A stretch of DNA of 64,000 nt, taken from the NCBI RefSeq assembly GCF_018350175.1, contig NC_058385.1:82398001-82462000 (forward strand). Reading direction: 5' to 3'. This stretch comes from Felis catus (Eukaryota). The notes under the pieces were generated by a model. It was not told the origin of the DNA. It worked only from the letters and a program-made list of their open reading frames with translations, and searched no databases. Below, in pieces: positions 1 through 18,542 of this stretch. How positions within the stretch are numbered: position 1 is the first letter of the stretch; each line of letters starts with the position of its first letter. The position numbers and the translations under genes are program-made.

Positions 1-431
1 TCTGAGTCACTCAACAGTCACTCAGCAGTCACTCCCTTATTCTTTCCCGCGCTCACGAACCCTCAAGGCTCCGCGAGGGCTGGGCCCGAGCCTGTCCCGC
101 TGGCCCAGAACCGGCGTGCAGCAGGTGCTTAACGGACGCGTGCCCGACAAAAGAAGGGCTACAGGACCGGGACCAACCGAGACCGAGGGGCCCACGCGGC
201 CCCCGGCCTCCCGGCCGCCACCTTCCCGCCGGGACCGCAGTCGGGGTCCCGCCGGCCACGTGGCCCGCGCGCCCCGCCCCCCTGCGCCCGCCCCTAGCGC
301 CGCGCTCGTCCCACCGTCCCTACGCCGGCACCCCGGCCGCACTAACGCCCCGGCCCGGGCGCCCGCCCCGCCCCCGCCCCGGCCCCTCCGCGGCGCGTGC
401 CGCTCCTGCGGGCGCGGGCTGCGGTACTCAC

Positions 432-497
432 GCCAGCCAAGGACGCGGCGACCAAGGAGGAGGGCTCGTGGCGTGCGACGGTGGAGGAAAGGGAGAG
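432..497 (-). other. EEF1D: Non-coding first exon of EEF1D (5' TOP-type start); rest of gene lies left of the window
   Basis: Minus strand reads CTCTCCCTTTCCTCC...CCTCCTCCTTGGTCGCCGCGTCCTTGGCTGGC|GTGAGT (donor at 431-430). It matches the EEF1D 5'UTR as I recall it, begins in a pyrimidine tract, and lies head-to-head with TIGD5 as in human. Confidence 0.75.
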
Positions 498-987
498 TCG
501 CCCCGGCCGCGCACGGGAAATGAAGCAGAGGGATGCACCACGCGCCGCGGCAGGGGAAGCGGCTCCCGCGCACGTCCCGCCTGGCCGTCACAGCCCTCCG
601 CGCGACGCGACGCTCCCCGCGGCTGCAAAGACAGAAGCCAGTGGGAGTCACCACGGGGCTCGCAGTTTCCCAGAGAAGCTGGAGCTAGCAGCCGCGAACA
701 GGACGGCAGCTCGTCCGCACCCCTGCGCTACCGGTGCAGTGGGCTCGCCGGGATGGGGCGGGGCTGCTGAGCCGGCACGCGCCGGACGGCGCGCGGCGCG
801 GCGCGGGGCGGGGCTGGGCGACGCACGGGGCGGGGCTGGGTGGCCGGGCCAGCGCGCCTGCGCCCCCGGAGCTGGCGAGACAAAGGGGAGGGCCCGTCCG
901 GCCCCGCCCCCAGCGCCCCGCCCCGCGCGGCCGGCCGGGCCGGCGTGTGGCCCCCGCGCCCCCGCCTCCGCTGCCGCCGCAGCCGCC

Positions 988-2937
<1,950 letters not shown>

Positions 2938-5138
2938 CCAAGCCAGCCCAAGTGGCCCCCCAGTGGCTGTTCTCCTGCTGCACTTGGAGGGAGGGGACAC
3001 AGTCTTTCCATCTCCTCTCCTCCCCTCCCCAGAGGTGGCCCACCCTATGGCTCAGGGGGTTCCAGGGACCCCAGCACGGGCTGGCTTGGAGGGGCTCTGT
3101 TGGTGAAGGGTCGTTCTGCTCACTGGTCCCCCATCTCCTGAGGGAGGAGCTAGAAGAGAGGCCTCGGGCTCATACGCCTCCCTGGGCAAGCACACTCGTG
3201 GGGTCTGTGGTTCTAGCCAGGGTCCTTGCCGCACACACGACACCACGCGCTTAACAGGGCAGCTGTCGGCGTTCCCGCCCCGGCCTTTGAGAGCTGAGAT
3301 CTTCAGCCCTGTGCCTGTCTGTACCTCTGGCCCTCCTCCCCAGGGGCCCGTCACGTGCCCTGGACGAGGGTCCAGCACTCCTGTCAGTCTGGAGCCCTGG
3401 TGCTTTGTGGCTCCCGTGCTACAGCCATGTGATCATCTCCATGGGGAAGCACCCCAGTCAGTTTTGGTGTTTAGCACATTAAGTCCATTTTTACAGATAC
3501 CCCTCATGGGAGCCAGGGTGGCGTCTCACCCCCAGCCCCCCCCCCCCCCCAGCCTGGGGCCGGTCTTGGAGGTTGGCTCTGTCGGCTGGGAAGGGAGGAT
3601 GGTGCCCGGCACTCGGGGGGCCGGATGTTCCGGGTGCAGCAGGGAGTGTAGATTTCTGTTCCGCTGGGATTGTTAGTTTTCCTTAGGAAGATTCCATTCC
3701 AAAATCACACCTATTCTGTGGGGTTGGCAGCCTTCTAGCCTTTCTGGGCCCTGGTGATTTGACCAATGGCTGAATGAGCTCCCCAGACCAGCCACAGCCC
3801 ACTCGGTCCAGCCCCAGGGCCCAGAGCCACGCCACCTCCTCGGCACTGGCCTGCGGCACTGACAGCCACACCAGGATAATCCCACAGTGCCTTAGTGCCC
3901 TCCCAGGCTTTTCCATCCCTCCAGCACTGCCAGGGGCGTGACGAAGGAGCGGCTTCCCACAGCCCCAGGAATTGGGCTTCCGAGTGGCCCAGCTGGAGAG
4001 AGGGAGGCAAGTGTTGGCGTGTCACTGCCCCGCTCTGGGCTCAGTCCTGCGGGTGGTCTGGGACCCGGAGGCGCCTGGGGCCTTCGGGGACTGTCTGGGG
4101 AGCTGCTGCCCAGAGCTCTCGTGGAGGGCGGGGGCTGGGTCTGCGGTCCACACCCCCACCGCCCGCGTGCTCGCCGGACACTGCGGAGGCCGTAGGCAGG
4201 CAGTGTGCTGGTGGGAGGGAGGGGCAATGCATTGGTGAGGGAGCCCCCGGAGCAGCTCCCCGAGTCTGAGAACATAAACCTCTCCTTGGAGCTGTCCTCA
4301 GTCGAGGTGTGTGCGTGTTACATACGTGGGTCTCAAATCCGAGAGCTGAGGGGAGAAGTGGAGAATTTGGAAGCTTGACCAGGCAGGGGCCCAGCTGGCA
4401 CCTCTGCTCGCTCATCTCAAGCCTGCACGCCTAGAGGAGCCGGTGGCCGGCTGTGGCTGTGGCTGGCCCTGGGACTCTAACCCAAGCAGCTGGCACAGGG
4501 CTTCAGGAAGCCTTCCTTCCACCACCTGATGGCAGCTCAGGGACGTAGGGCTGGGAGCCCGCGGGCGCTAGGCAGGGGTGCACCTGGGGCTCCAAGAGTG
4601 TCCTCAGGAGAACGGCTGAATACTCAAAGCAGCAAAGGTTGTTACTCTTAGGAAGAGGCTGTTGGGCCTGCTTGGGGTGTCCGGAGGGCATGGCAGCGGG
4701 CTGCAGAAGGGGGCACTGGGAAGTGGGTGTGTGGGCTCCTATTAAAACCACGCTTAACTTGTGTTTTGGGGAGAGTTGCCCATCTGAGATGCACGGCCTT
4801 GCCCAAGGGGGCTACGTGCTTGGGAAGCGACCCCCAGACATGGAGTGGGCTGCGGGTGCAATGCCACCATGTGGGGAGGGGAACGGAGCGCCCGCGAGCT
4901 GAGGGGACCAGGGACCCCCAGCCCACGCCTCCACCCACTGTAGGTCAGGATTGCTATGCGGAGCCCTAGGATGGGCGCTGGGCACTGCTTGTCCCCAGAT
5001 AGGGGTGTCCCCTGGTGAGGCTCATCTCCAGAGGCGTGTCCTCGAGGGGACCGTGGGCTTATGAGGGTGCACGCAGTCGAGCCTTTTCACGCCCATCCTT
5101 GCCGGAGGTGTTCACCCAGTCAGCCCAATGCGCTTTGT

Positions 5139-5144
5139 AATAAA
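5139..5144 (+). terminator. Probable TIGD5 polyadenylation signal AATAAA (alternative ATTAAA at 4741-4746)
   Basis: First AATAAA I found downstream of the TIGD5 stop, followed by T-rich sequence. Confidence 0.55.
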
Positions 5145-5194
5145 AGTTCCTGTCAACTTCATACGCATCCCTGTTCTAAAGTCTTCTTTTAATA

Positions 5195-5317
5195 TATTTT
5201 TTTGAATTTGGGGTAATTTTATTTTTTTAAGTAACCTCTACATGAAACACAGGGGCTGAACTCCTAACCCCAAGAAACAAGAGTTTCATTCTGTAGGACT
5301 GAGCCAGCCAGGTACCT
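5195..5317 (-). mobile_element. Old short CanSINE
   Basis: Diverged SINE core (..GGGGCTGAACTC..GACTGAGCCAGCCAGGTACC) with a T-rich tail and near-duplicate flanks TAAAGTCTT. Confidence 0.6.
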
Positions 5318-5955
5318 GTAAAGTCTTATTTTTATAATTTTCTATCCAATACTTAGATCTAGAACACCTCACGATTCAAAAAAGTGAGGAAGACAAAAAA
5401 ACTGATGAAAGGAGACTAGACCCACCAGTCTCTTGAAAACCTAACCTTAGCCTTGTGGCATAAGCGGGCTTGTGGCCAGCCAATGATCAGGCTGCCGACC
5501 CGGCCCCCAAAGCCACTCTCGTTCCCGTCCTGTCCAGGGCCATCGCCATCTGGGGCGAGGCTGCCCCGCCAGCCAGGCTGGGGACTCAGGGAGAGGCCTC
5601 TCGTTCAGCGAGTGGCCTGCTCATGGCAGGGCTGGTCACAGGTTCGTCCCCTGCCCCACAAGCCAACCCGCCCAGGTTCTCGGGGACCGCGTGGGGAGAT
5701 GCACTGCTGGAGCCCGCCGACACACTGGAGGGTGAGGCTGGGGTGTCAGGAAGCCAGCGACTCCACCTGACCAGAGCTCTCCGTTGATGGTGACGTACAG
5801 CCAGGGCGAGTCGCCCCTGCCCCCACGCCACCTGCGCTCAACCAGCTCCCAGGAGCCCCGTGCCCCAAGCCTCAGCTCTGATGTACCTCTAAGCCCTTGG
5901 AATCTGGCTCTGTCAGCCCAAGTATGGTCACTCAGTGCTACAGGACAGCAGCGTC

Positions 5956-5961
5956 TTTATT
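5956..5961 (-). terminator. Probable PYCR3 polyadenylation signal AATAAA
   Basis: TTTATT on + strand, ~1.2 kb downstream of the PYCR3 stop. Confidence 0.6.
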
Positions 5962-7158
5962 CCCATCTCAGAGAAGTCAGGTGTGGAAATGTCCTCAGGC
6001 TGACCCTCCTAACAGGCAGGAGGGCCAGGAGGGCCAGTGTGCCAAGATGGAATGGGGCGGTGGGGGGGGGGGGGGGGGGGTGGAGGGCAGGAGCGAGAGC
6101 AGGGTGGGCACTGCTACAGTGGCGGGGGGGGGTGCCACCAGGCCACCTACAGACAGGACTGATTTGCTCGTCTCGGCCTGCAGGTGGTGGCACAATCAGC
6201 TAGCTCCACCCCGTGACTGGCACAGTGTCGGGAGGCCACTGGGGGAGGGGAGGGGAGCTCCAGCACTCCAGGGCCTTGCCGGGGGAGGGGGGTGGGCAGT
6301 GCGGGCAGCCCACCCTCCACCACAGGCCCCACAGCCTCAGTTCGGGACCTGAGTTCCCTGCCCTCCGGGCTGGTTGCTCCATTCAGGGACATGCCGAAGA
6401 GCCACGTCCTGCAGTTGAGGCCAGGCCACAAGACCCTCCAGGACAACCCATGCAAGGGTCATCAGGGCACATCACCCAGATCCTGCTCCGCAGGGGCAGG
6501 GGGCCCACGGCCAGCTGAAGCCAAGTCTCTGTCCCGCAGCTGGCCGGGCCACCCTCCCAGACTGCCCGTGGCCTGCTGCCAGCTGGAGCACTGCGGCCAT
6601 CCTGCGGGGGCTCTGCTCGAGTGTCCCCAAGGGAAGGACGTGGGTGCAGCTCCTCCTCAGCCAGGGCAAGGACACCCAGCCCCGTTCTCTTCTTGGGGCC
6701 TGGCAGGGTCAGGGCCCAGCTCCCTGTGGGTAGCCCCACCTAATGGCAGGTCAGCCTGGGGACGAGACGGATGTGGCTGGCTTCATTGCACAGAGCAAGT
6801 CTCTTGCGCAGTCTCTGCGTCACCCCCCAGCTGGCGGTGGTTACACAGCTGTCGGAAGGGCCCGCCCAGCTTCTCTGCTCCTGCCTCACGCAGCCAGCCC
6901 ACACGTCCCAACGCTCAGGCCCCCAGAACCCAGGCCACCCACGAAGGGGGGCCACCGCCACGGTGCTCTCTGCCCCATGGTGGGGGGGGGGGTCCTACAG
7001 GTGAGGGGATCCCCTGCCTGCGAACCCCACCAGTCCTGTCTTCATTTCCTCACGCAGGGATGGGGCAGCCCTGGGGGTTCCTGCCTGAGGGAGAGCTGCA
7101 GTGCCGGGAAGGGGCAGGGAAGGAGGGCCTGGGGGCGGCCACGGCCAGTGCCCGCTCC

Positions 7159-10100
7159 CTACTTCCCGCTCAGCTCCCTGGCCCGGCAGGTGGCAGCCTC
7201 CACGGCGCTCATGGTGGCCGCCCGCAGCCCGCCCCGCTCCAGCGCATGGAGCCCATAGATGGTGGTGCCGCCCGGCGTGCACACGTCTGTCCGCAGCTGA
7301 GCCGGGTGCTGCCCCTTCTGCAGCAACAACTTGGCTGTGCCCTGGGGAGAGGGGCACCGGCGGTGACTCAAGGGAGGCTCAGTCCCACTGTGTAGCCTGC
7401 TCTGCCTGCCATCCCAGATCCTAACTCAGGTTTCCCGGGCCTGCTGTCTCCCTTCCCGCTGCTCTGCAGACACCCCAGCCTATCCCTCTTCACACAGTCC
7501 CTGGGGGCTGCCCTCACTCACCAGCAGGGTCTGGGCAGCAATGCGGTGGGCCAGGCCACTGGGCATGCCCATCTTGATGGCACCTTCGGCCAAGGCCTCG
7601 GAGAAGGCACACACCTGCAGCAGTGAGGGGTGGGGACTGACAAAGCTGACGCTCTCCCTGGATGAAGCACCCAGTCTGGAGAAAGCGTAGAACCTTCAGA
7701 AACAAGGCCCAGAGCACTGGCCACCAGTGCAGGAACCCGGTCTGAGGCTTGAGCCCAGGGCTCCGACTGGAGGAGTCCTGAGCCTCAAAGGTGGGGGAAA
7801 GCAGAGATACAGGCAGCTCGGGGATCAAGCCATCTGATCCCAAAGGCAGGGGTCACTGCAGGGACTTGAAAAGGCTCCGCCCTGTCAAGGGCCAGCCTGG
7901 GGGGCGGGATAAGACAACACTCACGAAGGCCACGCCGCTGCCACTGAGGCCGGTGTGGATGTCCACGTGGGCCTCAGGCACCTCCTCGCACTGCCCGCAG
8001 GCCTCCAGCAGGGTCTGCAGGAGCTCGGCGTCGCTGTTTCCAGTGTGGCGGCCGCGGGCCATCACCATAGCGCCCTCTTGAACCACGCAGGGCAGGTTGG
8101 GGGAGATCCGCAGCACCCGTGTGGCTGGTGGCAACAGCTGGCCAGAGAGAGGCAGGGGTCAGGGAACGGGCGGGGTCGGCGCTGCCAGGCAGGCCTTCGC
8201 CTCCGCCAGCTGTGGGCTCCCCTCCCCGGGTCCTGGGCGCGGTGCCAGGAGAAGCCTGAACCTCAGGCCCCTCGGCCCCCTGTTCGGGCTGTCTGGAAGG
8301 CCAAGTGTCACATGTCTCACCCATCCCGCCTCCCTAAAGGGCTAGAGTCAGGCTGGCACCAGTCTCAGATGGCAAGGGGTGGGAAGCAGAGCCTGGCCAG
8401 CAGAACTGACTCTGGGGGCAAAGCCTCACCTCCCACATCACCCCCACTCACCTCCTCCAGGGTACTCAGAGAGATCCCGGCGGCCACAGACACCAAGATG
8501 TGCTCAGTGGTTACCACGGGGGCCACCTCTGCCAGGACAGCTGGCAGGACATGGGGCTTGGTGGCAAAGAAGACTAACCAGCAGTTCTGCACAACCTCCT
8601 GGTTGGAGTGGGTGGTCTGGCAGCCCAGAGCCTGCAGTGGGGACAGCGGGATCATGGCTGGGGTGAAGTGCGGCAGCCTCCCAGACCATGGCCCTTCCTG
8701 CTAGTGGCCACCCTGCATCCCCAGGGGTCCCCAGGGATCTCTCCTCCCATTGCAAACGCCTGCACCAGCCCCCTCACAATGCCCAAGACTCACCCAGACC
8801 GCGGGTTCTTGCTCAGGACCCAACCTGCCCCTCACGGGCCTTGCCGATGTCAGGACCTCCTCACACCCTCTGACCCCAGCGAGGGCCCACAACCATCTCT
8901 GCCCACCCCAACACACACATACACGTGCACACACACACACGCCCCGTTACTCCGCCCTTGCTCTCCACAACCTTGACTTTCCTTCTAGTCTTTGACCTCC
9001 TCCTTCCCCAACCCAGACAGTCTCAAAAGTTCAGCTAACTAAGCAGCATTCCCTTGTCCCCAGGAAGTGTCTCAGAGGAACAGGAGCCAAGAGCCACCAT
9101 GAGCCCCCTCTCCCCCCACCAGGATAGCCTCGACTCAGAAGAGCCGGGGACCAGCTCACCCGGAAGTGGCAGAGGTTCCTGTCACTCGGTGCGCTGGCTA
9201 GTATGTGTTGAGCTTCGACTTTTCCTGGAGAGAAAGGCAAAGAGCAGAAGGGTCAGTGAGGAGGTGGGGTGGAAGGAAGGAACAGGGGCCAGCCTGGCCT
9301 GCCCCTCACCGAAGGGTCTCTCACACTCAGCCATGCCTGGGCCATCCTGGCCGCTGGCTGCCCGAGACTCTGTAAGAACCGAAGTGCGTGGCAGGCGTGT
9401 TCCACTCGGCCGGGACCAGGCAATCACGTCCATCCTGTGGCACTTGTCAGTCTCCACCACCCATCTGCGGCCGCGGCCGCAGGCCCCGCTAGACACAGGG
9501 GCCAGGAGCTTGCCTAGTCTCATGAGGACATGGATCTCAGGGGCCTATACCCCGAGAGACAGGAAGGCAGGGGAGGAGGGGGCCGTGGTGGGTAGGGAGG
9601 CCAAACAGGGGCAAGCTTCCGGTGGGGGTATATCTGTGCTGGGATGTCCGAGCTGGGGCTAAACGCCCATTTGGTAGAAATCATCTGCACCTGTCGCGTA
9701 CAGGGCCGAGGAGATTAAGTTTCTGTAAGGTCTAACAGGAAGACAGAAGTGCACCGCACAACCCAAACACAAGGCCCGTTAGTCAGGACAATGACAAGTG
9801 CCATGCATTCCTACCGCTACCGTGTTCAACACTGAATCTGCACCACCCTGGAAGGAAGGAGATACTGGCGGTTTTACAGGTAAAACACTTGAGAGTTTTG
9901 CAGTAAAGTATTTTCTGATGATTTTGACCCCACTGAACCTTGACTGTGGCTGAAGGGAGAAAGCCAGCCTATAATCTACACGTAAAGGTTTCTAAATCCC
10001 GTGGAGTAAGTTTAGGGACAGCATTATCATGCCTTGCTGCAAACCAGTGGTTCACCACCAGGGAAGTCTCTGCCCCTTTCCAACCCCAGGGGACTTGTGG

Positions 10101-11074
10101 CAACTGCTGGAGACAGTTTTGCCTCTCACAACAGGGGATGCTACTGACATCTAGTGGGAAGAGGCCAAGGACGCGGCTAAACACCCTACAATGTGAAGAA
10201 TGGAGAATTATCCCACCCCAAATGTCCACAGTGCTGCGCAGGTTGTGAAAACTTGCAGCGCGCCGCCAGAGTAGAGCCGGCAAACAAACAGGAAACAGGA
10301 GGCTCAAAGGTCAAGCAACTGGACCCAGGCAGACCAGGTAGTTAGTAGGAGATCCCGGGCTCTAAGCTAGCGCTGTCCAAGAAAAATATCACTGAAGCCA
10401 CGTAGAGAACTTCACGCTTTCTAGTAGTCACATTAAACAAGTAAGGAAAATAGGTGAAATCAATCGTAACATATTTGACTTAACACGATATAAAGAAAAT
10501 GCTATTCTTCCAAAACTTCGTTTCAGTCAGCATTAAAAGTTACCAAAGTATGTTACTTTCTCTTTTCTTGTGTGCTAAATCTTCCAAACCCGACGTAGAT
10601 TTTATGCCATAAACTCACGCCACATCTCAACGCGAACCATCCACATTTCCATGGTGGGCGGTCTATGGCCCCATGTGGCTCCTGGCCAGTGCGGGGACAA
10701 CCAACTCTAAGCCTCCTACGCACAGCCGTCCCCGCTGTGCTCACAGGGACGCAGGGTCCCCAGGAGCAGAGTCCGCCTTCCGCCCGGGCCCACGCCCGCC
10801 GGGCCGGACCCGCCCCGCTCCGCTTCCACGGTGCCCTCGCTCCTCGCCCAGGAGCTCTGCGGGATGCATCCCTCCACGCAGAGAAACCCTTCCCTCGCAC
10901 AACCGGCCGGTGTCGGACGCCCGCTGGTCCCCAGGCCCAGGGACCCACGCGCCCCCACGCCCGAGGCGCCCCACCTGCTCGAATGAAGCCCTGCGCGAGG
11001 GCCTCTGCCATACGCCCGGCGCCAACAAAGCCCACGCGTAACTGGTCCAGACCGGGTGCCGCCACCACCGCCAT
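7159..11074 (-). CDS. PYCR3: Pyrroline-5-carboxylate reductase 3 (PYCRL), 277 aa, 6 coding exons
   Basis: Exons 11074-10975, 9224-9160, 8631-8452, 8137-7925, 7614-7522, 7341-7159; all GT-AG, 834 nt total, in frame. Motifs: [10 protein letters not shown] (Rossmann fold), [28 protein letters not shown] (P5CR signature). Confidence 0.97.
10046..10255 (+). mobile_element. MER20 (hAT-Charlie non-autonomous DNA transposon) in PYCR3 intron 1
   Basis: CAGTGGTTC...CCCCAGGGGAC...GCTACTGACATCTAGTGGGAAGAGGCCAAGGACGCGGCTAAACACCCTACAATG...GGTTGTGAAAACTTG follows the MER20 consensus as I recall it, with terminal inverted ends. Confidence 0.8.
10368..10702 (+). mobile_element. MER33/MER3-like hAT-Charlie element
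   Basis: Starts AGCGCTGTCCAA..GCCAC..TTTCTAGTAGTCACATTAAA..GGTGAAAT and ends ..CCATGTGGCT..GGACAAC. Confidence 0.6.
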
Positions 11075-11650
11075 CTCGCCACCGCCCCGCCAGGCCTTGC
11101 TCCGCCCCACGCCCTCGGCCCCGCCAATGGGCTACGCCGCCCCGCCCTGTCCTTGTCTATTGGCTGCCTGGACTTCACGCCCCGCCCACTCCCTTCCGGG
11201 CTCTGCGCCCTACCGCTCGACTAGCAGTACGGCTCCAGTCCCTCCCCGCGCTGCTCATTGGTCCCGGAGAGCGGGGCGCTGCGGCTCCGGTGGGCGGGGC
11301 GCCGCGCCCCGTCTTCCACCGCGCGTTGGAGAGTCTGGCAGAAGCGCCGCGTCTGGCGAGGTGGATGAGGCTTCCTTGGCAGGATTCTGGGGGCCTGGTG
11401 TCGATCAGATCCTGATCGGAGCTTGAGAGACTCCGTTCAGTGGCCAAGGGTTGGAAAAGGTGGGGGTTCCTCCGAGTCCTTCCGGAGGTCTGTGCCCTGG
11501 AGCGTGCCTGGTTGGGTGTCCCTCGCGCGAACGCCGCAGAGTCCGGGAAACCACTGGCGCTGGACAGTTTAGCCTCCAGGTGAAAGCATCGTCCTGATTC
11601 CGATGAAGGGCCCGGGCGGGCGAGGTCCTGACCCTGGCCAATCATTACGA
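10780..11650 (-). promoter_or_regulatory. PYCR3 CpG-island promoter
   Basis: CpG rich; CCAAT boxes at 11124-11128, 11159-11163 and 11257-11261; several CCGCCC GC boxes upstream of the ATG at 11074. Confidence 0.8.
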
Positions 11651-12099
11651 CATGTCAGGAGCTAGGGAGTGGAGCCCTACCAGCCTTAGGCCGTTTTCTC
11701 TGGATGGCAGCCACGTTCTCCGGGGCACCCAGGTTCTCTCTTTGGAACCTGGGAGTGGACTCGGGTGGGGAGGGCAGGGCTGCCTGGCCAGGGCTTGTTG
11801 TCAGCCCCTGTCCAAGCTTCAGCAGGTCCAGGTGACAGCATAACATTAGCACTGCCAGTGAAATGTGTGAACGGGGCATGTATTGACTGCATTGATGAAG
11901 TTCCTCCAGCCAGCCTGGATCTTGGTTTTCATGGGCCTCGCAGGTTGCTGCGATAAGGCAGGAGAGGTCTTCCTGAGGCCTGGCTCCCCAGCGGAGACCT
12001 GGCCCATCTTGTTGTTGGTCCTGGGGGAGATGGGAGTGCTTGGCCACCGCCAGGGCCCATGTTTGAAACTGATGGGAGGGTAGGGGTAGTAGTACTTGT

Positions 12100-12516
12100 T
12101 TTTCTTTTTTCAGTTTATTTATTTTGAGAGAGAGAGAGCGAGTGAGCCTGGGGGAGGGGCAGAGAAGAGAGAATCTCAAGCAGGCTCCACGCTGTCAGCA
12201 CAAAGCCCAACTCAGGACTCGATCCCATGATCCTGGATCATAACCTGAGCTGAGATCAAGAGCAGGGTTTTTTTTTTTTTTTTAATGTTTATTTTTGAGA
12301 GAGAGAACGCAAAAGGGGGAGGGGGAGAGAGAGGGAGACAAGAGAATGTGAAGCAGGCTGCAGGCTCTGAGCTGTCAGCACAGAGCCTGACACGTGACTC
12401 AAGCTCATGAACCGTGAGATTGTGACCTGAGCCAAAGTCAGACGCTCAACCGACGGAGCCATCCAGGCACCCCTCAAGAGCCGGCCTCTTAACCAACTGA
12501 GCCCCCCGGGTGTCCC
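12100..12516 (-). mobile_element. Two nested CanSINEs (inner copy ~12267-12473)
   Basis: The outer SINE breaks at TCAAGAGC and resumes after a duplicated TCAAGAGC(A/C)GG at 12474. The inner copy has a complete head and tail. Confidence 0.8.
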
Positions 12517-12611
12517 AAATGTTTGTAATCTTTAATTGGCACGGGAAAAATAAAGCTTGGAGAGTGAAGATTGTAGTTTTTCTGTTTAAGATTGCATTTT
12601 AAAAACGTTTT

Positions 12612-12800
12612 AGGGCGCCTCGCAGTTGGGCATCCAACTCTTGATTTCAGCTTGACTCTTGGTTTTGGCCAGGGTGGTGATCCAAGGCCACGGGATCAGA
12701 CTCCACACCTAGCGTGGAACCTGCTTGAGATTCTCACTCTTTCCCTCTGCCCCTCCCCGCACGTATGCTCTCTCTCTCTAAAGTAAGTAAAATTTTAAAA
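12612..12800 (+). mobile_element. CanSINE (diverged)
   Basis: GGGCGCCT head, (CT)n tract, A-rich tail. Confidence 0.7.
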
Positions 12801-12997
12801 ACTGTTTGGTTACTCTAAACTCTACTTTGACACATTCTAAACTCTTCAACGATGAAATCCCCTCATTCACTCAGCACTGCCCCTGCAGGGTGTGAGCCCT
12901 GCTCCAAGGAAAGCCATGGAGCAGCAGACTGGGCCGCGGGACCCCTACCTTGAGGACTTGCATTCTGGCTGGGGACGCAGCCCCTCTGTGACGCGAT

Positions 12998-12998
<1 letters not shown>

Positions 12999-13044
<46 letters not shown>
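12999..13044. repeat. (CA)n microsatellite
   Basis: Perfect dinucleotide run of about 23 units. Confidence 0.95.
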
Positions 13045-13047
<3 letters not shown>

Positions 13048-14358
13048 CAGTACAGAGGATGGCTCAGGACACACAGCCACTCTTTGTGTCCTGCCACGTG
13101 TGTGCAGGTCTCTGCTCTGCAGGGGCCTCCCTCTGTATGTGCTCACGTGGCTGGCTCAAGCTCCATCTCAGGCACCACCCCCTCCCTGAACTCCTGAGCA
13201 GAGCCTTCTTTGTTCACAAGGGCTGGAGCCCAGGGAATACAGGGCTGACCCACGTCCTAGAGCTCAAGTCCTGGGGGAGGAGCAGGCTCCCAGGTGCTCC
13301 CAGACCAGCACACAGGAGTCCCACAGCAGAGTGGGCACTCAGAGAAAGGAACACCTCAACTGAGGCCTAAAAGGTGGACAGGCACTGACATGAGGGTCCT
13401 GGGCCAGCCCCAACAGAGCCCTGCGGGAGAAACACACAGCCTGCTGGAGAAGGGGTGGGGACAAATGCCATGAAAGACCAGCTAGGTGCAGGGACAGAGG
13501 TGGGAATTTGTGTGCCTGGCACTGAGAAGACAGCCAATACTGCCTGAACAGAGGGAGGAATTAACATGGTAGGCACATCTGGGGTCAGAAGGAAGCTGGG
13601 GGCCACCTGCATGAGGATGGCCAAGGGTGACCCAGGAGAGAGGGGACCTGAGAGGAGGCGGGCCCAAAGCCAGGGAAGGTGTCTGGGTCCTGGGCTAGGC
13701 AGTACTGAGGGTGTTCAAGTTGGATACTCCTGGGTCCAAACCCCAGCACTGACTGGCTGGCTGGGGGACTCTGCTGTATTTCTGCTGAGAATGGGGAGGC
13801 CTGAGCTGCTCTCCCCTACCCACCTTTGTGACAGGCCCTCCTCTGTGACACCTTTGCTACTGTCCAGGGAGAAGGTCGGGCCAAGCCCCATCACAAGCTG
13901 CGACCTGATGGCTAGGGAGATGAGGGGCCAGGCCTGGCTCAGCTCTCTCTTGGGGTCCCAATCACCACGCTCCCCTTGGGTCCATCCAGATGCGTACTCA
14001 GCCTGTCCAACTCCAGAGCAACCTCATGGCCCAGGGTCCTGGGGCAAACAGGCAGGCCCCGGGAGTTCAGGCCACCCAGGCCTGCATATGACCTCATGTG
14101 GAAAGGCTAAGCGGTGGCCACAGCACCAGCTGGGACCACTAACAGGTGCTCTGCTCTGCACCCCCACCACTTGACTGTCCACTGCCTCCACCCTGCAGCC
14201 TACCCAGGTACAGCTGGCCACCCTGGCCCAGCAGCTTTCTGAGGAACCAGCAGGTGAATGGTGGGTCCTGGGGCCAGCCAGGCGCACGAAGGCAGTGCCC
14301 ATGGTGGGAGGGACACAGCTGGCACAGAGCTGCTGGGGGTAGGCCTGGGAAAATAGGC

Positions 14359-14364
14359 TTTATT
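14359..14364 (-). terminator. GFUS polyadenylation signal AATAAA
   Basis: TTTATT on + strand, ~275 nt after the GFUS stop. Confidence 0.75.
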
Positions 14365-14638
14365 GGCTCCCAGGGAATGGGAGAGCAGGATCAGAAGTGG
14401 ACACACTTAGGACCCAGAGACCGGCACTGGGGAGCAAGGTGCCGGGCCTGGCCAGGCCTTGGTTTCCCTGAGGACAGACACGAATGGTGGCCTCACTGCA
14501 CAGCTGCTCAGAGCCGCCCTGGCAGAGGGGTGAGAATGTGGGCCCCCGGTGCTGGCAGTGCCCTTGGCTCCCGGCACGGTCTGAGGGTGTCATCTCTGGG
14601 GCTTCGGGGGCAGCCGGCACCTGCTCCCACACCGTGCT

Positions 14639-18542
<3,904 letters not shown>

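Noticed and set aside
57-200. Possible alternative EEF1D first exon (donor TTC|GTGAGC at 56-55)
   Set aside because: Plausible but supported only by a moderate donor motif.
397-987. 197-codon in-frame extension upstream of the TIGD5 ATG
   Set aside because: Starts at a GTG, overlaps EEF1D exon 1 and the promoter, and is low-complexity. Open frames are expected in GC-rich islands.
6062-6080. Long poly-G run in the PYCR3 3'UTR region (similar G/C runs elsewhere)
   Set aside because: Homopolymer lengths are unreliable, and no function can be argued from sequence alone.
6292-7395. 367-aa + strand ORF antisense to the PYCR3 last exon and 3'UTR
   Set aside because: No domain-like content; composition typical of chance ORFs in GC-rich DNA.
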